From NCBI RefSeq assembly GCF_006345805.1, contig NC_042999.1, positions 165,850,001-165,914,000 of the forward strand: 64,000 bases of DNA. The letters are read 5' to 3'. The notes beneath the pieces are model-generated. The model was not told the DNA's origin, did not search any database, and saw only the letters and a list, made by a program, of their open reading frames with translations. The stretch comes from Octopus sinensis. Lineage: Eukaryota. The stretch's first letter is position 1; every line of letters begins with the position of its first letter. The translations under genes and the position numbers were made by a program. Shown here in pieces: positions 13,360 through 27,426 of this stretch.

Positions 13360-15887
13360 TTAAAAACTGCCTCTCTTCTTTCCTCTATATATATATGTTC
13401 ATGCACGCAATAGTTTTGCTGGCTTAGTCTGTGGCTAGCAACTTTAGCAATGCAGCAGAATAACTTCTCATCTTTCTCAGTTTAACATTCTACATTTGAC
13501 ATGCTGATGTCTTTTCATCTAAGGTTGGTCTCCTTTGATATTTCTTGTTGGCTTCTTGGTTCTGTTCTGGTGACAAGATTGTGATCTTAAATGCTGGAGA
13601 GAAATAGCGCAATTGTTTAGCAGCTATCAAGAGTCATTTTATTTATAGCTAGCTATTAACCAGCATATCAATATTTTTGCCGTGTAATTTGGTGCTTTAA
13701 AGAATATTTCCATTTCAGCTATAGTAAATAATGAGTGACAGTGATAAGATATTAAGTTGTAGCTTTGGGTAGTATTGTAGTTATTCTTGAGCCCCATCGT
13801 GTGTAGTTCATACCTGTAATTATTAGAAAACATTTGATTAGAAATAATTAAATGGCTCATCATAAAAGTGTCTAAAATCTAAACGGCTACAATTATTTCT
13901 GCTTCACTGAAACAGCAAATTATAAATAAATTTTTTTTTTTTATATAACTCCCTTATTAAACTCACACTAAACACTTTCTCTTCAAAACTGTTTTCTTCT
14001 GCAATTCTTTCTCTACTTGCAACTATTTTTCCAACAGGTCTCAACCGACATATACTCCATCATCCATCCATCTTCTATGCCTACTGGGAAGGTCATGGGG
14101 GTAGAGTCTTCAGGCAGTCCTTCCATAGGGTCTTGTCAGAAGCAACCATCATTACTATTTCCAGCTGAGATTCTCAAGCATGACCAACTGAATCATCCAG
14201 CCATCTCATTCTTGGATTACCCCTAGGACTCCTGATGGTTAACATGACTTGAAGAATTCATGTTGTGATTCTTTATTGTGACATTCTAATCAGGTGTCTA
14301 TAGTACCAAGGCTCTGATCTCTCAATGTGTAGAAGTAGTGGCTTGATATGTACTCAACTGCAAAAATCTCTGCTCTCTGGTTGGTCCTATAAAGCACATT
14401 AGTGCTGACCCCATTTCTAAATATTCATCTAGACACTTACTGAATTATACTGTGTAGAGTCGTGTGTGTGTATACACATACACATTTTTCTACATGTACT
14501 GTTGATTCCACATATTAACATGTATAATATTTGCCTAATTTGGTTATTTATAGAGTTGTTCAGAGCACTTAGTCTTTTAGCATCAAATCATATGTAAAAT
14601 TGATTGGTTAATTCCGTATGCAAATGATGTTAATTTTAGTGAATTGCATGAGTTTCCATCATGGAAGGAAATCCTATCCCAACAGAGTTTGAACTGCAAA
14701 TTTATAAGACACATCATTACTCTTTAGAATAAGAAATCTACTACACCAAGAAAGGAACATGCATGTGGCTAGAAACAGTAGTAAAGTCTTCCTCAAACCA
14801 CACCTTCAATTTAAAAAACAAAGTTGCATTGGATAATAAAGTCCTAGATACTCTCCGTCTGAAATAACAAATAAATAAATAAGTTAATGACTGAGAAATG
14901 TTTGATCATAGGTCTGCTGTCTCAGAGCTAACCTTGGGCTAAATAACAACAAAACCACTGATATAAATTGAACCACATATCACTAAACATGCTGCCATTT
15001 GGGGGAAAGAGGAACAGATTTTTAAATTTATTAACACTGGTGCAAATCCAGTGTCCTACTATTACATTTTTTTTTCTCCACTAAAGTGCACCAGATTTTT
15101 GCAGTGTTTTAATTCTCCTGGGCTGCTGAGACAGCTATTGTCTTCTATACTACTATACTTATATGTATCATATTTCATTCTTGTAGATTACTTCCCATAT
15201 CACAAAAATATTCAAAAATTCTACCTGTATTTCATGTATCAAAGATAAAAGTACATAACTGAGGCAAGTATTTTACTTGTTGTTTGATCCCCCCCCGCTT
15301 CCCCCCAGTTGACCTTCACCTCTCAGACATCTGATTAAGATGTTGCAACTGATAACCATCATAACTTCTTTTAACCAGTGAACCTAAAACTATATTCAGT
15401 GTCCTTTCGGGTGTAATTTGAAGGAGATTTTGCTTCTATTTCTAGCAGATAAAGCCCATGTCAAGGTTCCTTTGTTGGCTCAGTTAGTTATTTAGTAATA
15501 AATTCTTGTGCTAACCAGCTAAGGTACTCTATTTATAGTGTAGTGGTGCGGAAGGAAAGATACAACTAACGTTAGGAAACTAAATCCTAATGATTTAACC
15601 AAGAGCTTTTTTACATGTCTGTTGTTAGTAACCATGTATTGGTTGGCTACACACGGTTAATTTGTACAGCAAACTACATAAGTATTTATATTTCCTAGGT
15701 TATTCATCCAGCTATAGAAAGTACAATACTGACACATATTTGAAAGCAAGTGTGGCTGTTAGGTTAAAGAGATTGTTTTGTGACTCAAGTGGTTCCAGGT
15801 TTGATCCTACTGTGTGACACCATGGGCAGAGACCTTTTACCACAACCTAGTGTCAGAAGAATTTTGTAGACAGAATCTATGTGGATG

Positions 15888-16126
15888 AAAGGCGGTGAGC
15901 TAGCAGAAATGTTAGCACACCGGGCGAAATGCTTAGCAGTATTTCGTCTACCGCTACATTCTGAGTTCAAATTCCGCCGAGGTTGACTTTGCCTTTCAGC
16001 CTTTCGGGCTTGATAAATTAAGTACCAGTTATGCACTGGGGTAGATTGTAATCGACTTTGTAATTCCCTTTGTCTGTCCTTGTTTGTCCCCTCTAAGTTT
16101 AGCCCCTTGTGGGCAATATTGAAATA
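15888..16126 (+). mobile_element. SINE family B copy with 16-bp TSD
   Basis: agaatctatgtggatg (15872-15887) versus agaatctacgtggatg (16127-16142). Confidence 0.88.
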
Positions 16127-17551
16127 AGAATCTACGTGGATGCTTTTATTGGGTTGTTCAGATAAATTAATTCATTTTTTTTTCTACTTAGCACCGTATC
16201 ATCATGTCTGAAAAGATGTGAATTGAATTTTGTTAAAAAAAAAATGAACAAAAATTGTAGAGGAAGACTAGTTATAGAAAGAACACCTGAAAATATTCTG
16301 ATGAAATATTTCTCTGAATTCAAGTGACATTGGGATGGATTAAAACAAATGGAAATGGAAAAAAACAAACTTTATCTCATAACTCAATATATAGGTGCAG
16401 GTTTCTGTGGTAAGAAGCTTGCTTCCCAACCACGTGGTTCCGGGTTCAGTTTCACTGTGTGGCACCTTGGGCAAGTGTCTTTTACTATAGTGTCAGGCCA
16501 ACCAAAGCCTTGTGAGTAGACTTACTTGATAGAAACTGAAAGAAGCCCATTGTGTATACACACACGTGTGTGTGTGTGTCTTTGTCCCCCACCACTGCTT
16601 GACAACTGGTGTTGGTGTGTTTCCGTCCCTGTAACTTAGTGATTCAGCAAAACAGACTGATGGAAAAAGTACCAGGCTTTAAAAAAAGTTCATTTGACTA
16701 AAAATTCTTCAAAGTGGTGCCCCAGCATGGCCGCAGTCTAATGACTGAAACAAGTGAAAGATGAAATATCAATAGACATGCAAGAAGTAAACAGAAACCA
16801 TGATTTTTCTTGTAATGATTCTATTTGGAAATTCAGAGAACCCAATTTTTGATAATTGAAATGTAACCATTAATATATTGTTGACATTTGTTTCCTAGCC
16901 ACATGGTTCAGGATTCTGTCCTATTGCATGGCACCACCTCGAGGAAGTGTCTTTTACTATAGCCCCAGGCTAACCAAAGCCTTGTGAGTTGATTTGGCAG
17001 ATGGATACCGAAAGAAGTCCATGATGTGTGTGTGTGTGTGCATTCGTGCGTGTGTGTATCTATATGTGTGTGTGTGTGTGTGTGTCCTCGACCATCATTT
17101 GGCAACTGGTGTTGGTTTGTTTATGTCCCAGTAAGTTAGTGGTTCAGCAAAAAAGACTGATAGAATAAGTACCAGGCTTTAAAAAGGAAGAATTATTGAA
17201 GCTACTTCATCAAACTAAAGCCCTTCAAGGAACTACCCCAGCATAGCTGTAGTCAGATGACTGAAACAAGCAAAAGGAAAGGTATAGGATTAATGAGTTC
17301 TAAAATTGCAGTTTTGAAGTATTTTGCAATTCTGATTGATTTACTGGTTTAGAGGTGCTTTTTATGTAAAGTATGGTCATATTAAATGTTTTCTGCGGGG
17401 ATCACATTGAAAGATGGACTAACTTAGCCAAAGAAATTGCTTGAAACCATTTTGCTCCTCATCCCATTGTCTTTTTGCAGTGTGGCATGGAACTATATCT
17501 TCTATAAACAGGCAAAAAACACATGCAGGCATGTGTACGTGCGCACACATG

Positions 17552-17583
<32 letters not shown>

Positions 17584-18079
17584 CTCACACACACACTCAC
17601 ACATACCAAGCTTACTACAGTTTTTCTCTGCCAAATTTACTCACAAGGTATTTGTTAATCTGGGACTATAGGGAACCCAAAGTGCTGTACTTCTTCTTAG
17701 TTGCTTATCCATAATAACCAAGTTAATGAAAATAGTTTACTATTGTTCTTGGACAAGTTTTGAGTTTTTGTGGCAGTTCTGAAACCTTAACTGATCTTTG
17801 AATTCCATGATGAATCTTTCAGGAAGTCCCAAGTTGATCAGGCCATGATGGTTTACCTTTTTTTGTTTAGTTGGACTGTTACTCTGTTAACGGTAGAAAG
17901 AAGTATTTTGAGATTCCTTGCTCTTTGTTGCTGGAACAGCCAGCCTTTAGATTTATTAACAATTTGTTCTCTTTGAAGAGCCGGAATTTCTGTGGAATTT
18001 TATGCAATAGGATATTCAAGATGGGTATATCACAATGTAAATAAAAGAAATGAATATTAGTTACAATGATGCAAAACAG

Positions 18080-18552
18080 CAATTTGGTTTTCGTTCCTGT
18101 CATCACATATGGTCATGAATGTTGAAAAGTGACCGAAAGAGTACAATCGTGAATACAAGCAACTGAAATAGGATTCCTCCAAAGGATTGTTGGAGTAACG
18201 TTACTCAACAGAGTGCATGACTTGGAGGTCAGGGTGTCTATCAGGTGAAGCTATTACTTCCCTGCATTTAGAGGTCACAGGTCTGGTACTACAGACGTAT
18301 GATTAGAATGTTGCAGGAAAGAATTGCAAGATGAATTCTTCAAGCCGAGCCAACTGGCAAGAGACCTAGGGATAGACCAATAATGAAATGGTTGGAAAAT
18401 ATCCATAGTCACAGTTGGTTACACTTGGGAATCCAGCCAGAAAGTCTAATGACATTTGCTTCTGATACAACCCTATGGAGGAGGTGCCTGAGGATTCTAC
18501 CCTCATGAACCTCCCAGGAATAGTGGGTGAAGAAGATTGGAAGGACTGATGA
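18080..18552 (+). mobile_element. RTE-type LINE 3' fragment (decayed)
   Basis: FVPVITYGHEC..VTERVQS.IQATEIGFLQRIVG...GKRPRDRP..KWLENI, with stops. The same 3' end recurs at about 14045-14230 (-) and 39668-39880 (+). Confidence 0.75.
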
Positions 18553-21500
18553 TGCAAAACATTTGGATAAATATATTTCATCAGAAAATTATAAGTGTTT
18601 CTTAACTTCTTGCATGTTTCTGAAAATGTGTGTCTTTTGGTGAAAGATATCCACATCAGTGTTAAATCAAAATAACTGCTGCTTAGAATACTTTGAAATA
18701 TTTCTTGTGCTGAATTAGACCATGTCTTGTCAATCTCAGGGTCAGAAATGCAATGACCCAGTGACTAACTCTGTTACCAACAATTCTATTGTTCACAAAT
18801 TGAAATAGATGAATAAATAGTTTTACACTCTACAACTGGAGTGTTGCCATATAAAAAGTTGATGAAATTTGCTTTTTTTTTCTGCAGTTTCAGAAAACCT
18901 CCTTCTAAAAAGAGAAGATTGTTTTATCTGCAAAAAATGTTAATTTCCATATTCTCATTGCCAAAGCAAATAATGTTATTTCTTATTTTATTGGAGTCAG
19001 TTTTGATTCATGTAACTAGAGTTCTCGTCTCTTTCTTGAAATTTATATAGCCTTCTGGATAGAAAGTTCTTGTTGTGTGGGTAGCAAATATTTCATTATC
19101 TTTTTAGGCTGAACACTTGAGTTAACAATACCTCAATTCCACATTGCTACCAGCAATCATCATCATCATCGTTTAGCGTCCGTTTTCCATGCTAGCATGG
19201 GTTGGACGGTTCAACTGGGGTCTGTGAAGCCGGAAGGCTTCATCAGGCCTAGTCAGATCTGGCAGTGTTTCTACGGCTGGATGCCCTTCCTAACGCCAAC
19301 CACTCCGTGAGTGTAGTGGGTGCTTTTTACGTGCCACCCGCACAGGTGCCAGACAGAGCTGGCAAACGGCCACGAACGGATGGTGCTTATTATGTGCCAC
19401 CAGCACAGGGGCCGGGCGAGGCTGCCAACGGACACAAACAGATGGTGCTTTTTATGTGCCACCGGCACGAGGCCAGTCGGGACGGCGCTGGCAACGGTCA
19501 CGAATAGATGGTTCTCTTACATGCCACTGGCACTGGTAACACATCTGCAATTTCCATTGATCGATTTCGGTTCTGATCCTCACTTGCCTCAACGTATCTC
19601 CTCTGCAGCAAGACACCTGTTCCTGTCCCTCTGTCACATTGTAACCTCTCATCATCTGGCACAAGGCCACCTCCTCCAATACCCCACCCCTTAAAGGATC
19701 TTTGTCTTGCGAGTTACTTGGTGACCCCACCAGTACTGGCACAGTGTAAAAGAACATCCAGCTCAAACTGTAAAGTGGTTGGCATTATGAAGAGCATCCA
19801 GCCATAAAAACCATATCAAGACAGATCTCACCGGTGCTGGTTTCATGTAAAAAGCACTCAGTCCTCTCTGTAAGGTGGTTGGCATTAGGAAGGGTATCCA
19901 GCTGTAAAAACTATGCCAAAACGGACAGTGAAGCCTGATGCAGTCTTCAGGTTTGCTAGCTTCTGTCAAACCATCCAACCCATGCCAGCATGGAAAATGG
20001 ACATTAAATGACAATGATGAAGAGGAGGATAATTCAGTTGTATTATTTGAGATCCTGATATACTGGCCACACTTTAAGAGCCTCACACCTTAGTGAACCT
20101 TTCATTTTTAAGGCAAATCTGAGGCTCACTCTATTCATGTGATGATGAGGAAGAGTGTCATAACAGTATAGGGGCATGAGTGTCATATAAATAGCTACTT
20201 CATGATTATGGTGGCTGGGTTAATCACATGTGAATACTCTATTTCTTGAGAGTTAATGAGAGAACCTCTGCACACATGGGCACTTAATCTGCTAGAAATA
20301 GCAGTCAAACTACTCTCCAGCCACACTCATTTTAAAATGATATTGGATAATGCTGCTCTAGAATTTTTTATGGTCCCATCACTTTGTTAGAAAAGAAAGG
20401 GTGGTACCCATGACCTTTACAGATCCTTCATGATTAGTAGAAAGATGAGTGAAAATTATTTATGGTTGACTGCAATAGTTGTGCCAAAGTTATGATTGTG
20501 AGGCTAAAGCATTTGCTTTATAAATGTACCACCCAAGAATATGTACAATCTTTCTATGCAATCCAGTTGCAAAGCTTGTATTAACCTGAAACTCTGGTAG
20601 GAGAAGCTTGCCTAAGGTGCCATGCTGGGGGTGGTGGTGGTGGTCAATCTCCGTATTCCTTGATTGCAAAGTGAACTTCTTAATCCTACAGTCATGCCAG
20701 TAAACCCTCCCCCAAAGTACTGCTGCTTAACACCACTATGTCTGAAAAGAAGTTTTGATGTATTACAGCTGAAACTTTTTTGATCCTATTCTGCTGGATC
20801 AGGTCTCTCTCTCTTCGGTCTAAGTAATATCTGCTTCTGGTTTGTATCTCTAGAAATAAATTAGTTATACCAATAAATACTAAAAGGCAGACTAAAATTC
20901 AGAACTTTTGCTTTTCATACAATATGTCTGTTAGGCACAAGAACAGTTGTGTATTAAGTTTATTTTCCAAACCACATGGTTCTGGGCTCAGTTCCACTGC
21001 ATGGAGCCTTTTAGCTATAACCCTGGGCCAATATGCCATGTTGCCACATTCTGGTGTTAGTGGATATATGGCATCACTTCATTGTGATGCAGTGTACACA
21101 GAATAAAAGAAAGAATAACTAGAAGACGGAAACTGAAAGAAGCCTGCCATGCGTTTGTGTCTCCTTGTGTTGACATTGCATGATAGTTGTAATCGAGTGT
21201 CCCTATCTCATATGCAGGGTCATGCTTTCCCAATATTTTTGCGAGAACACATTTGGCCATGGGGGAAATATTACATTGCTTGGAAACAGGTGAAGGTTGG
21301 TAACAGAAAGAGCATCCAGCTGTAGAAATCTGCCTCAAATAAACTGATCCATGCAAGCCTGGAAAACTGGATATTATGTGTATGTTGCTTAGATATGAAG
21401 TGTAATGCTGTGCACCAGTAAAAGTTCATAGAACGGAAGCAAGATTTTGCAATGTCTGTGAAAGGTGTGCAGAAGAATGCCCGGCTCTATATCTTTTATC

Positions 21501-22062
21501 TTTGACTTTTTTCAGCCATTAGGCTGAGGTCATGCTGGGGCACCGCCTTGAAAAATTTTTAGTCAAATGTATCAATCACAGTAGTTATTTTTTAAAGCTT
21601 GGTACTTATTTTATCAGTTGCTTTTGCTGAACTGCTAAGTTATGGGAACATAAACACACCACCACCAGTTGTCAAGTAGTGATGGTAGGACAAACACAGA
21701 CACATACACACATATGTAGAATGGGATTCGTTCAGTTTCTATCAACCAAATCCACTCACAAGGCTTTGGTTGGCCTGAGGCTAAAGTAGTAGACATTTGC
21801 CCAAGGTGCCATGCAGTGGGGCTGAACCCGGAACCATGTGGTTTGGAAGAAAGCTTCACATCACACGGCCACACCTGTGCATTTTGTCAACTATTTTTAT
21901 TTTGCTTTTTATGTTATCAGTTTTGTTTGAAGAAGGAAAAACAATGTATGAATGAAGGAATAATGTGTCACTGGAGAACTTTTGAAGGAATGAATAAATA
22001 TTGATGGCTTTATGTGAATTGGTTAATGTTTAGTGGTAATATCTGGCTGGGGATGTATTTAA

Positions 22063-22283
22063 CCCTTTTGATACCAACCCGGCCAAAACCGCCTCTGGCT
22101 CTGTAGTACAAATGTCTTGTTTTCATAAGTATTGAATTACAATCTCCCACTAAACCTTAGTCACAATTTATGTTCCTAACACTAGCTGAATGATAACTAA
22201 GTCATTTTACTAAATTTTTTGTTATATTTAAAGTAATTGAAAGAAATAGAGAGCATCTCAAAATAAATACAGTAACGAAAGGG
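22063..22283. mobile_element. piggyBac-type MITE, opposite orientation
   Basis: TTAA|CCCTTTTGATACC ... GTAACGAAAGGG|TTAA. Decayed relatives at about 11935-12145 and 32330-32552. Confidence 0.85.
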
Positions 22284-22429
22284 TTAAAGGGAATTTAAAT
22301 GAACTGAGAAAAAAAATGGATTTTCAAGCAGAATCAATAAAGTAATTCATACATAATGTGTTTGTAGAAAAGATGTGTCATAGGTGTGGTTAAATGTACA
22401 GTTTGTAGGTGTGTGGTAATAATCTAGAG

Positions 22430-22743
22430 CAGTGGTTCCCAACTGGACTCCATATGACTTTTGGGGGTCCACACAAACAATATAGTAAATTGGGTCCACA
22501 GTAGTATTTTCAGGGTCCATGAAAAGATTTTGCTTTAGATGTATTTATTGCAAGAAACGACTAGGTTTCTTTCTCTGATGTTTTACATAGTTCAGCCTAC
22601 GCAATGTGAAAAACGAAGTAGGAATTTTGAAAGAAGTATCTATAAAACCTGTTTTTAAACATTGAATGGCTTTAAGGGTTTGCCAGAATAAAGTAGTAAT
22701 CAAAGGGGACCATAGTTTTTTTTTAAATGGTTGAGAATCACTG
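22430..22743. mobile_element. hAT/Charlie-type MITE
   Basis: Ends CAGTGGTTCCCAAC ... GTTGAGAATCACTG. 8-bp TSD atctagag / gtctagag fits the NTCTAGAN preference of Charlie elements. Confidence 0.8.
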
Positions 22744-25049
22744 GTCTAGAGTGACAAAGAACAAAGGATTTGAAAGATAGCACATTTTTGTTGGGTATGA
22801 AACTAAGCATTGAGTTCATGCGACATAAAGGGAAGATTAAAATTACTGAAGAAATATGGATATGTGATGTTGAATGAAGAAATATAGGAAGATTATGAAG
22901 ATAATAGCTGTAATCAGGTGAAAGTTGTGATGAAATATCTTGTGATAATTCACTTTATTGTTGTTGCATAACATACCTCTGATATCAAGGAGACTAATGG
23001 GAAATATAGACATGTCACATGGCACTGTTGGAAAGGGGATTTCGCTTTGTGTAGTGGTTGTGTAATGTCTCTGTATTGTAGTGTGGTGGAAATGTGAGCA
23101 TCGCTATATTTGGGGTGTGGTGGAATTGAGATATTATATCTTGGTACAGTGGAAGTGATCTCAGTTGGTTGTGGCAGTTTGAACATGTTAGGTCACTACA
23201 TTGTGGTATGATGGACATATGACATTGATGTTACTACATTGATATGATGGACATGCATTGTAGGAAGGAACGTGCAATATTTAGCACATTCTAGTACTGG
23301 TGGACATATAGCATCACTACAATGCAGTATGGTGTACACAGAATAAGAGAAAGAATAACTAGAAGTGAGATAAATATTGACTATATTAGCCTAAATAAAA
23401 ATAGGTTAATAACTGTATAAGTAGACCTAAATACAAGTGTTATTGGGTTAGATATTCTGAGAATATTGCCACATGCATATTCTGTATAGCATTACATTGT
23501 TAACTATATTATTAAATGCATTTACTAGTGTGTGTGTGTGCATGTTATTTTCCATTAGTCTTTTAACTTACTATTTTTTCTCTTTTTGCAGCTTTGAAAA
23601 TCATAACTTAGATATTTGTCTGAGATAGATGACCGATAAGCATTATATTCTACTGTTGACAGTTGAATACAAATCGTTTAGTTATATTGTTCGATTGGCA
23701 ATTATTTTTATGTGTGCTTGTCTATGATGGAATTGGTTGGATGAATTGTCATGACCTAAGTCAGTTCTTGTTCCTTGGGAGGCTGGAAGTTGCATCTCAC
23801 TCACAGATAACATTTTTGGCATGGTTTCCACGACAGAATGCCCTTCCTATCGCCAATCTCTTTACAGAACATATACTGGTGCATTTTAGTATGGGGCCAG
23901 TGCTAGAGCAGTTGCTTTGTCCTTGGCAAGACTAGAGTCTTCTCTTCCTTGTGTTGTCTCCATTTGTTCATTGCTGTCTTTCTTACTAAACAACTGGATG
24001 GGGGGGGGGGAGACTGGTAGCAGGAGGGAGAGGGGGGAAGAGAGACAGAGACAACTAATAATGATTGTTGAGGAGATTGAACTGAAAAGGCATGAGTAAT
24101 GTGCTAGAGAAAGAGAGAGTGATTAGAGGGAGACAGGGTAACAGAAGTGAGTACTGGAAGTGAGAGGAAGAAAGCAGGTGAATTTCAACAGTGAGTGGCA
24201 GAGGAGGACATAATGTGATGATGATGATGATGATGATGGATGTTAATAATGAGTGATAGAGGAGGAAGAAAATCATGAGACTGAGTGATGATGGTTGCCA
24301 ACAATAAATGGTAGAGGAAGGAGTAATGTGATATGAGTGATGGATGTCAGTGATGGATGACTGAGATTGAGAGGTGTGAATAATGAGAGATAAAGGAGAG
24401 CGTAAAGTGAGAGGCTAGCAATAGTGTGACAGGTGATTAAAAAAGAATATGGGGCTTGAATATGGACAGATCCAATTGGATGCCATCCCTTGTTACACAT
24501 GTTAGTATGATAAAATGGTAGGTAGAGTGATAGCAGGAAGGAACATTGATAGGGAGTAATTATAGTGAAGAGAAAAGGAGAACATCAGATGAATATAATG
24601 GCCGTGAGGGGGCCCAAATGTAGGCAGGGAGATACACCTACCTGCCTACTTACTTTGTAATTACAGTTGTATATTTATGATAATAGGTTTGAAATACAGA
24701 CTAGTATTTAAAAGGAAGATAAATGATTGAGAAGCAGAATAAAGGGATGAGGGGGACACGGGTCGTGCACAAATATGTGGGCAATCAAAAGACCAATGCT
24801 GTTGGCTTATCTTCCTGAATATTCTTGACAGGAAAGTAATCAAAGAATGGATAATGAACAATAAATAAAATATGCTATTGATTATAAAAGAAAGTCTAAT
24901 TTGAGGAGAAAAGATGAATAAGTAACTCAATGTTGGCGCCATTAACCTTCCAACATAGACTCCTGATTAAATCTCATTTAGTTATTTGTTGTCTTAGATC
25001 ATACTATTTTGTTTCAGTAACAGAAATGTAACCCCACCTTACAAATTTC

Positions 25050-25350
25050 ATGTAATTACCAGTGGTTTGACAGTCTGAACAAATCAGAACTGTTACATAT
25101 CACAGTCTGTCCTCTTTCAGCTATTGTGTATATACTGACTCTGAAACCACTACTGAGTACACTAGTGGTGTTTGGAGCCATCTCATTTGAGCAAGAGCAT
25201 AGGGGGGGGGGAGCCATATCAGCACATGTGGACACCATTGTAATGCTGCATGGCTTTGAAAACAATAAAGGTCAAGATGGTCAGCATCAATGGGAAGTGG
25301 TAATACAGAGCTAAAATCAACCCCGACAGGTTGGTGGGTGTGCAGCATGA
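25050..25350 (-). mobile_element. Decayed Penelope-like RT fragment (element probably extends over about 24000-26480)
   Basis: Minus strand VDFSSVLPLP (cf. DFSSLYTNLP), then NGVHM..DMAPPYA (cf. G.AMGT.MAPSYA), across frameshifts. Confidence 0.45.
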
Positions 25351-26787
25351 CTTCTAAAGGAACACATCCTTGCTGCCAGTTAGTCTAGTTGGGTACTGGA
25401 CAGATAGACTCATTGAGTTAGTGGGGGGTTCATTCAGTCCAGATCTCCAGGTGGATAAGAACTGTGATGAAGTTACAATTAGTGGAGCTAAGAGAAAGCT
25501 GTATCTGAAAGGTTGAACAGAGGGAAGACGCAGACATCACTTCCATTACATATTACCACCTGATTAATGTGCTTTGTCTCAGGGCTTATTGACTGACTGC
25601 TTATTTGATTCTTGTGGAAAGGGTTTCATCTGCTATCAACAACCTCTTTGTGGAGAGCTCAGTATGTTGTGGTTGATGATGCACAGACATATGCTGAAGC
25701 TGAGGCAGCTACAGAGCTTCCTGGATGGTGAGCAAGCTTAATGGTCATTTGTGAGGCATGTTTTCCTACAATTCATCTCTTTGGTGTAGTTTAACGAAGA
25801 GAAAGGCTGGGCTTTCTACCGGTCAAACAATGTAGCCTGGAGCATAGCTAGTGGTGAGCAAGAATAGTGATGTTCTAAGGGAAATTCTGGATAATGATGA
25901 GAATCAACTGGTTGGGGTATCCTGAGAGACCTCCCACGAGGGTATTATGAATAACTTATAAAAAACAAAATCTCTGGTTTGGCATTGTTACCAAAGAGTA
26001 TTTCCAGTCTGATAAATTCTGCAGGCACAGAAATGCTGTGAGCAGGGTCTGTTCTTGATGTGCACAGAATGGCAAGACCATTCTGCATATACTTATTCAA
26101 TATCTGAGCATTGCTGACTTATGGGGTTATTTTGAACAGCTGCTGTCATGTGTAGGATGGATCCGGCTAACCTCTGAATCCATCATGAAACTTTGGCTAG
26201 GAAAGGAAAGCAATTTTCCTTTGTCTGGTGGCAAAAGAATAAGGGGTTCTTTGGTAGGTGTAAATGTAAAGACACTTTACAGTCACTTTTTACTTCAAAC
26301 AAAATATCAATGACTTCTTGTAAGTTTCTCTTGGAGATGGTGGAAAGAGAAGTGCTACCCTGTAGTAAATTTGTGAGGAATGTGGTTAAGTATGCTAGTA
26401 TTGCCCTTCTCTCAGTAGTTGCCTGTAAAGAACCTAGCTGGGAGAGAGAACCTGCCCATAGTAGTTAGAATAATCTTGGATTTGTGGAATTTTTGATAGG
26501 CCATAGGTGACAGTTCTCCCCTCTGGGAGAACTGTCTATCATGTAATTGTATACTATATGTACATTAATATTTTCTTCTCATTCGTTCAACTTCTTTGTA
26601 AAACATCTCTCTTTTGTAACTTATCTCTGTAATATTTTATCAATAAGTCATTCTTGCATAGCTTATGCCATAATTTTTAGTTTTGAATTTCCATTTGAAT
26701 GTGCATATGTTTTTAAAGTGTTCTATATTAATAGTATAATGCTTTGTCTTTCAGGATGCTATTTAACTTGAAATATTCCAAAACAGG

Positions 26788-26828
26788 ATGATGTCTGAGC
26801 TTGGAGAAAACCCAACATCGAAAAGAAG
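26788..26828 (+). CDS. ZDHHC3: Probable first coding segment of the ZDHHC3/7-like gene (exon 26755-26828; MMSELGENPTSKR + AG)
   Basis: Acceptor ctttgtctttcag ends at 26754 and donor AAG|gtaaat starts at 26829. ATG at 26788 is preceded by an in-frame TAA (26764-26766). The 41 nt (phase 2) join in frame to exon 33079 (AG|G GAG CTG CCA TTG AAG ATG). No homology support; splice signals and frame only. Confidence 0.5.
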
Positions 26829-27426
26829 GTAAATTGTTAATTCAGTTTACAGAACATTCCTTTGGTATAACTATAATTTTGTGTAAAGGCAGCAGTTTGG
26901 CTGAGGCATTAGAGCGTTATATTGAATCTATGCAATAAACATTTTGGCCCTTTATTTTCATCCATTTAAGGGTTAATAAAGTACCAGTTCGATATTGTGA
27001 TTGATTCTTCTGGATCTGTGTGTGTGTCTCATGTACTTCAAAAGTCCAACCTTGTAACTTAGCTCAGCACTGATGCAACTAGAAAATTACATTAAGGATA
27101 CATGTGTGTCTGTGTATGTATAGCAAAACTTGTTCTGCTTTCATTCCTCTCTTATTTTAGCCTCTCATCTCCCGGTGTGAAATCACCCCACTTGGAGTTT
27201 CATGGTCTTTCCAGCTACATGGTGATCTCAGTAGTACTGATATCATGAAAAAAGATCTCTACATGTTATAAAGTGATTGGCATTGTAATATTGTATTTGC
27301 AGCTCTGATTATTTAAAATTGTTGAGGGTTTCTTTAGTGTGCATATGCTAGGAGAGGAAAGTATGTGCACAAAGTTGGGGGTGGAAGAGTATGATAGTTT
27401 AACTGTATTTTTATTAATGATCTTTG

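Noticed and set aside
18560-19140. Possible minus-strand Penelope RT remnant
   Set aside because: Only faint motif resemblance (ANFINFLYGNTPV), too weak to call.
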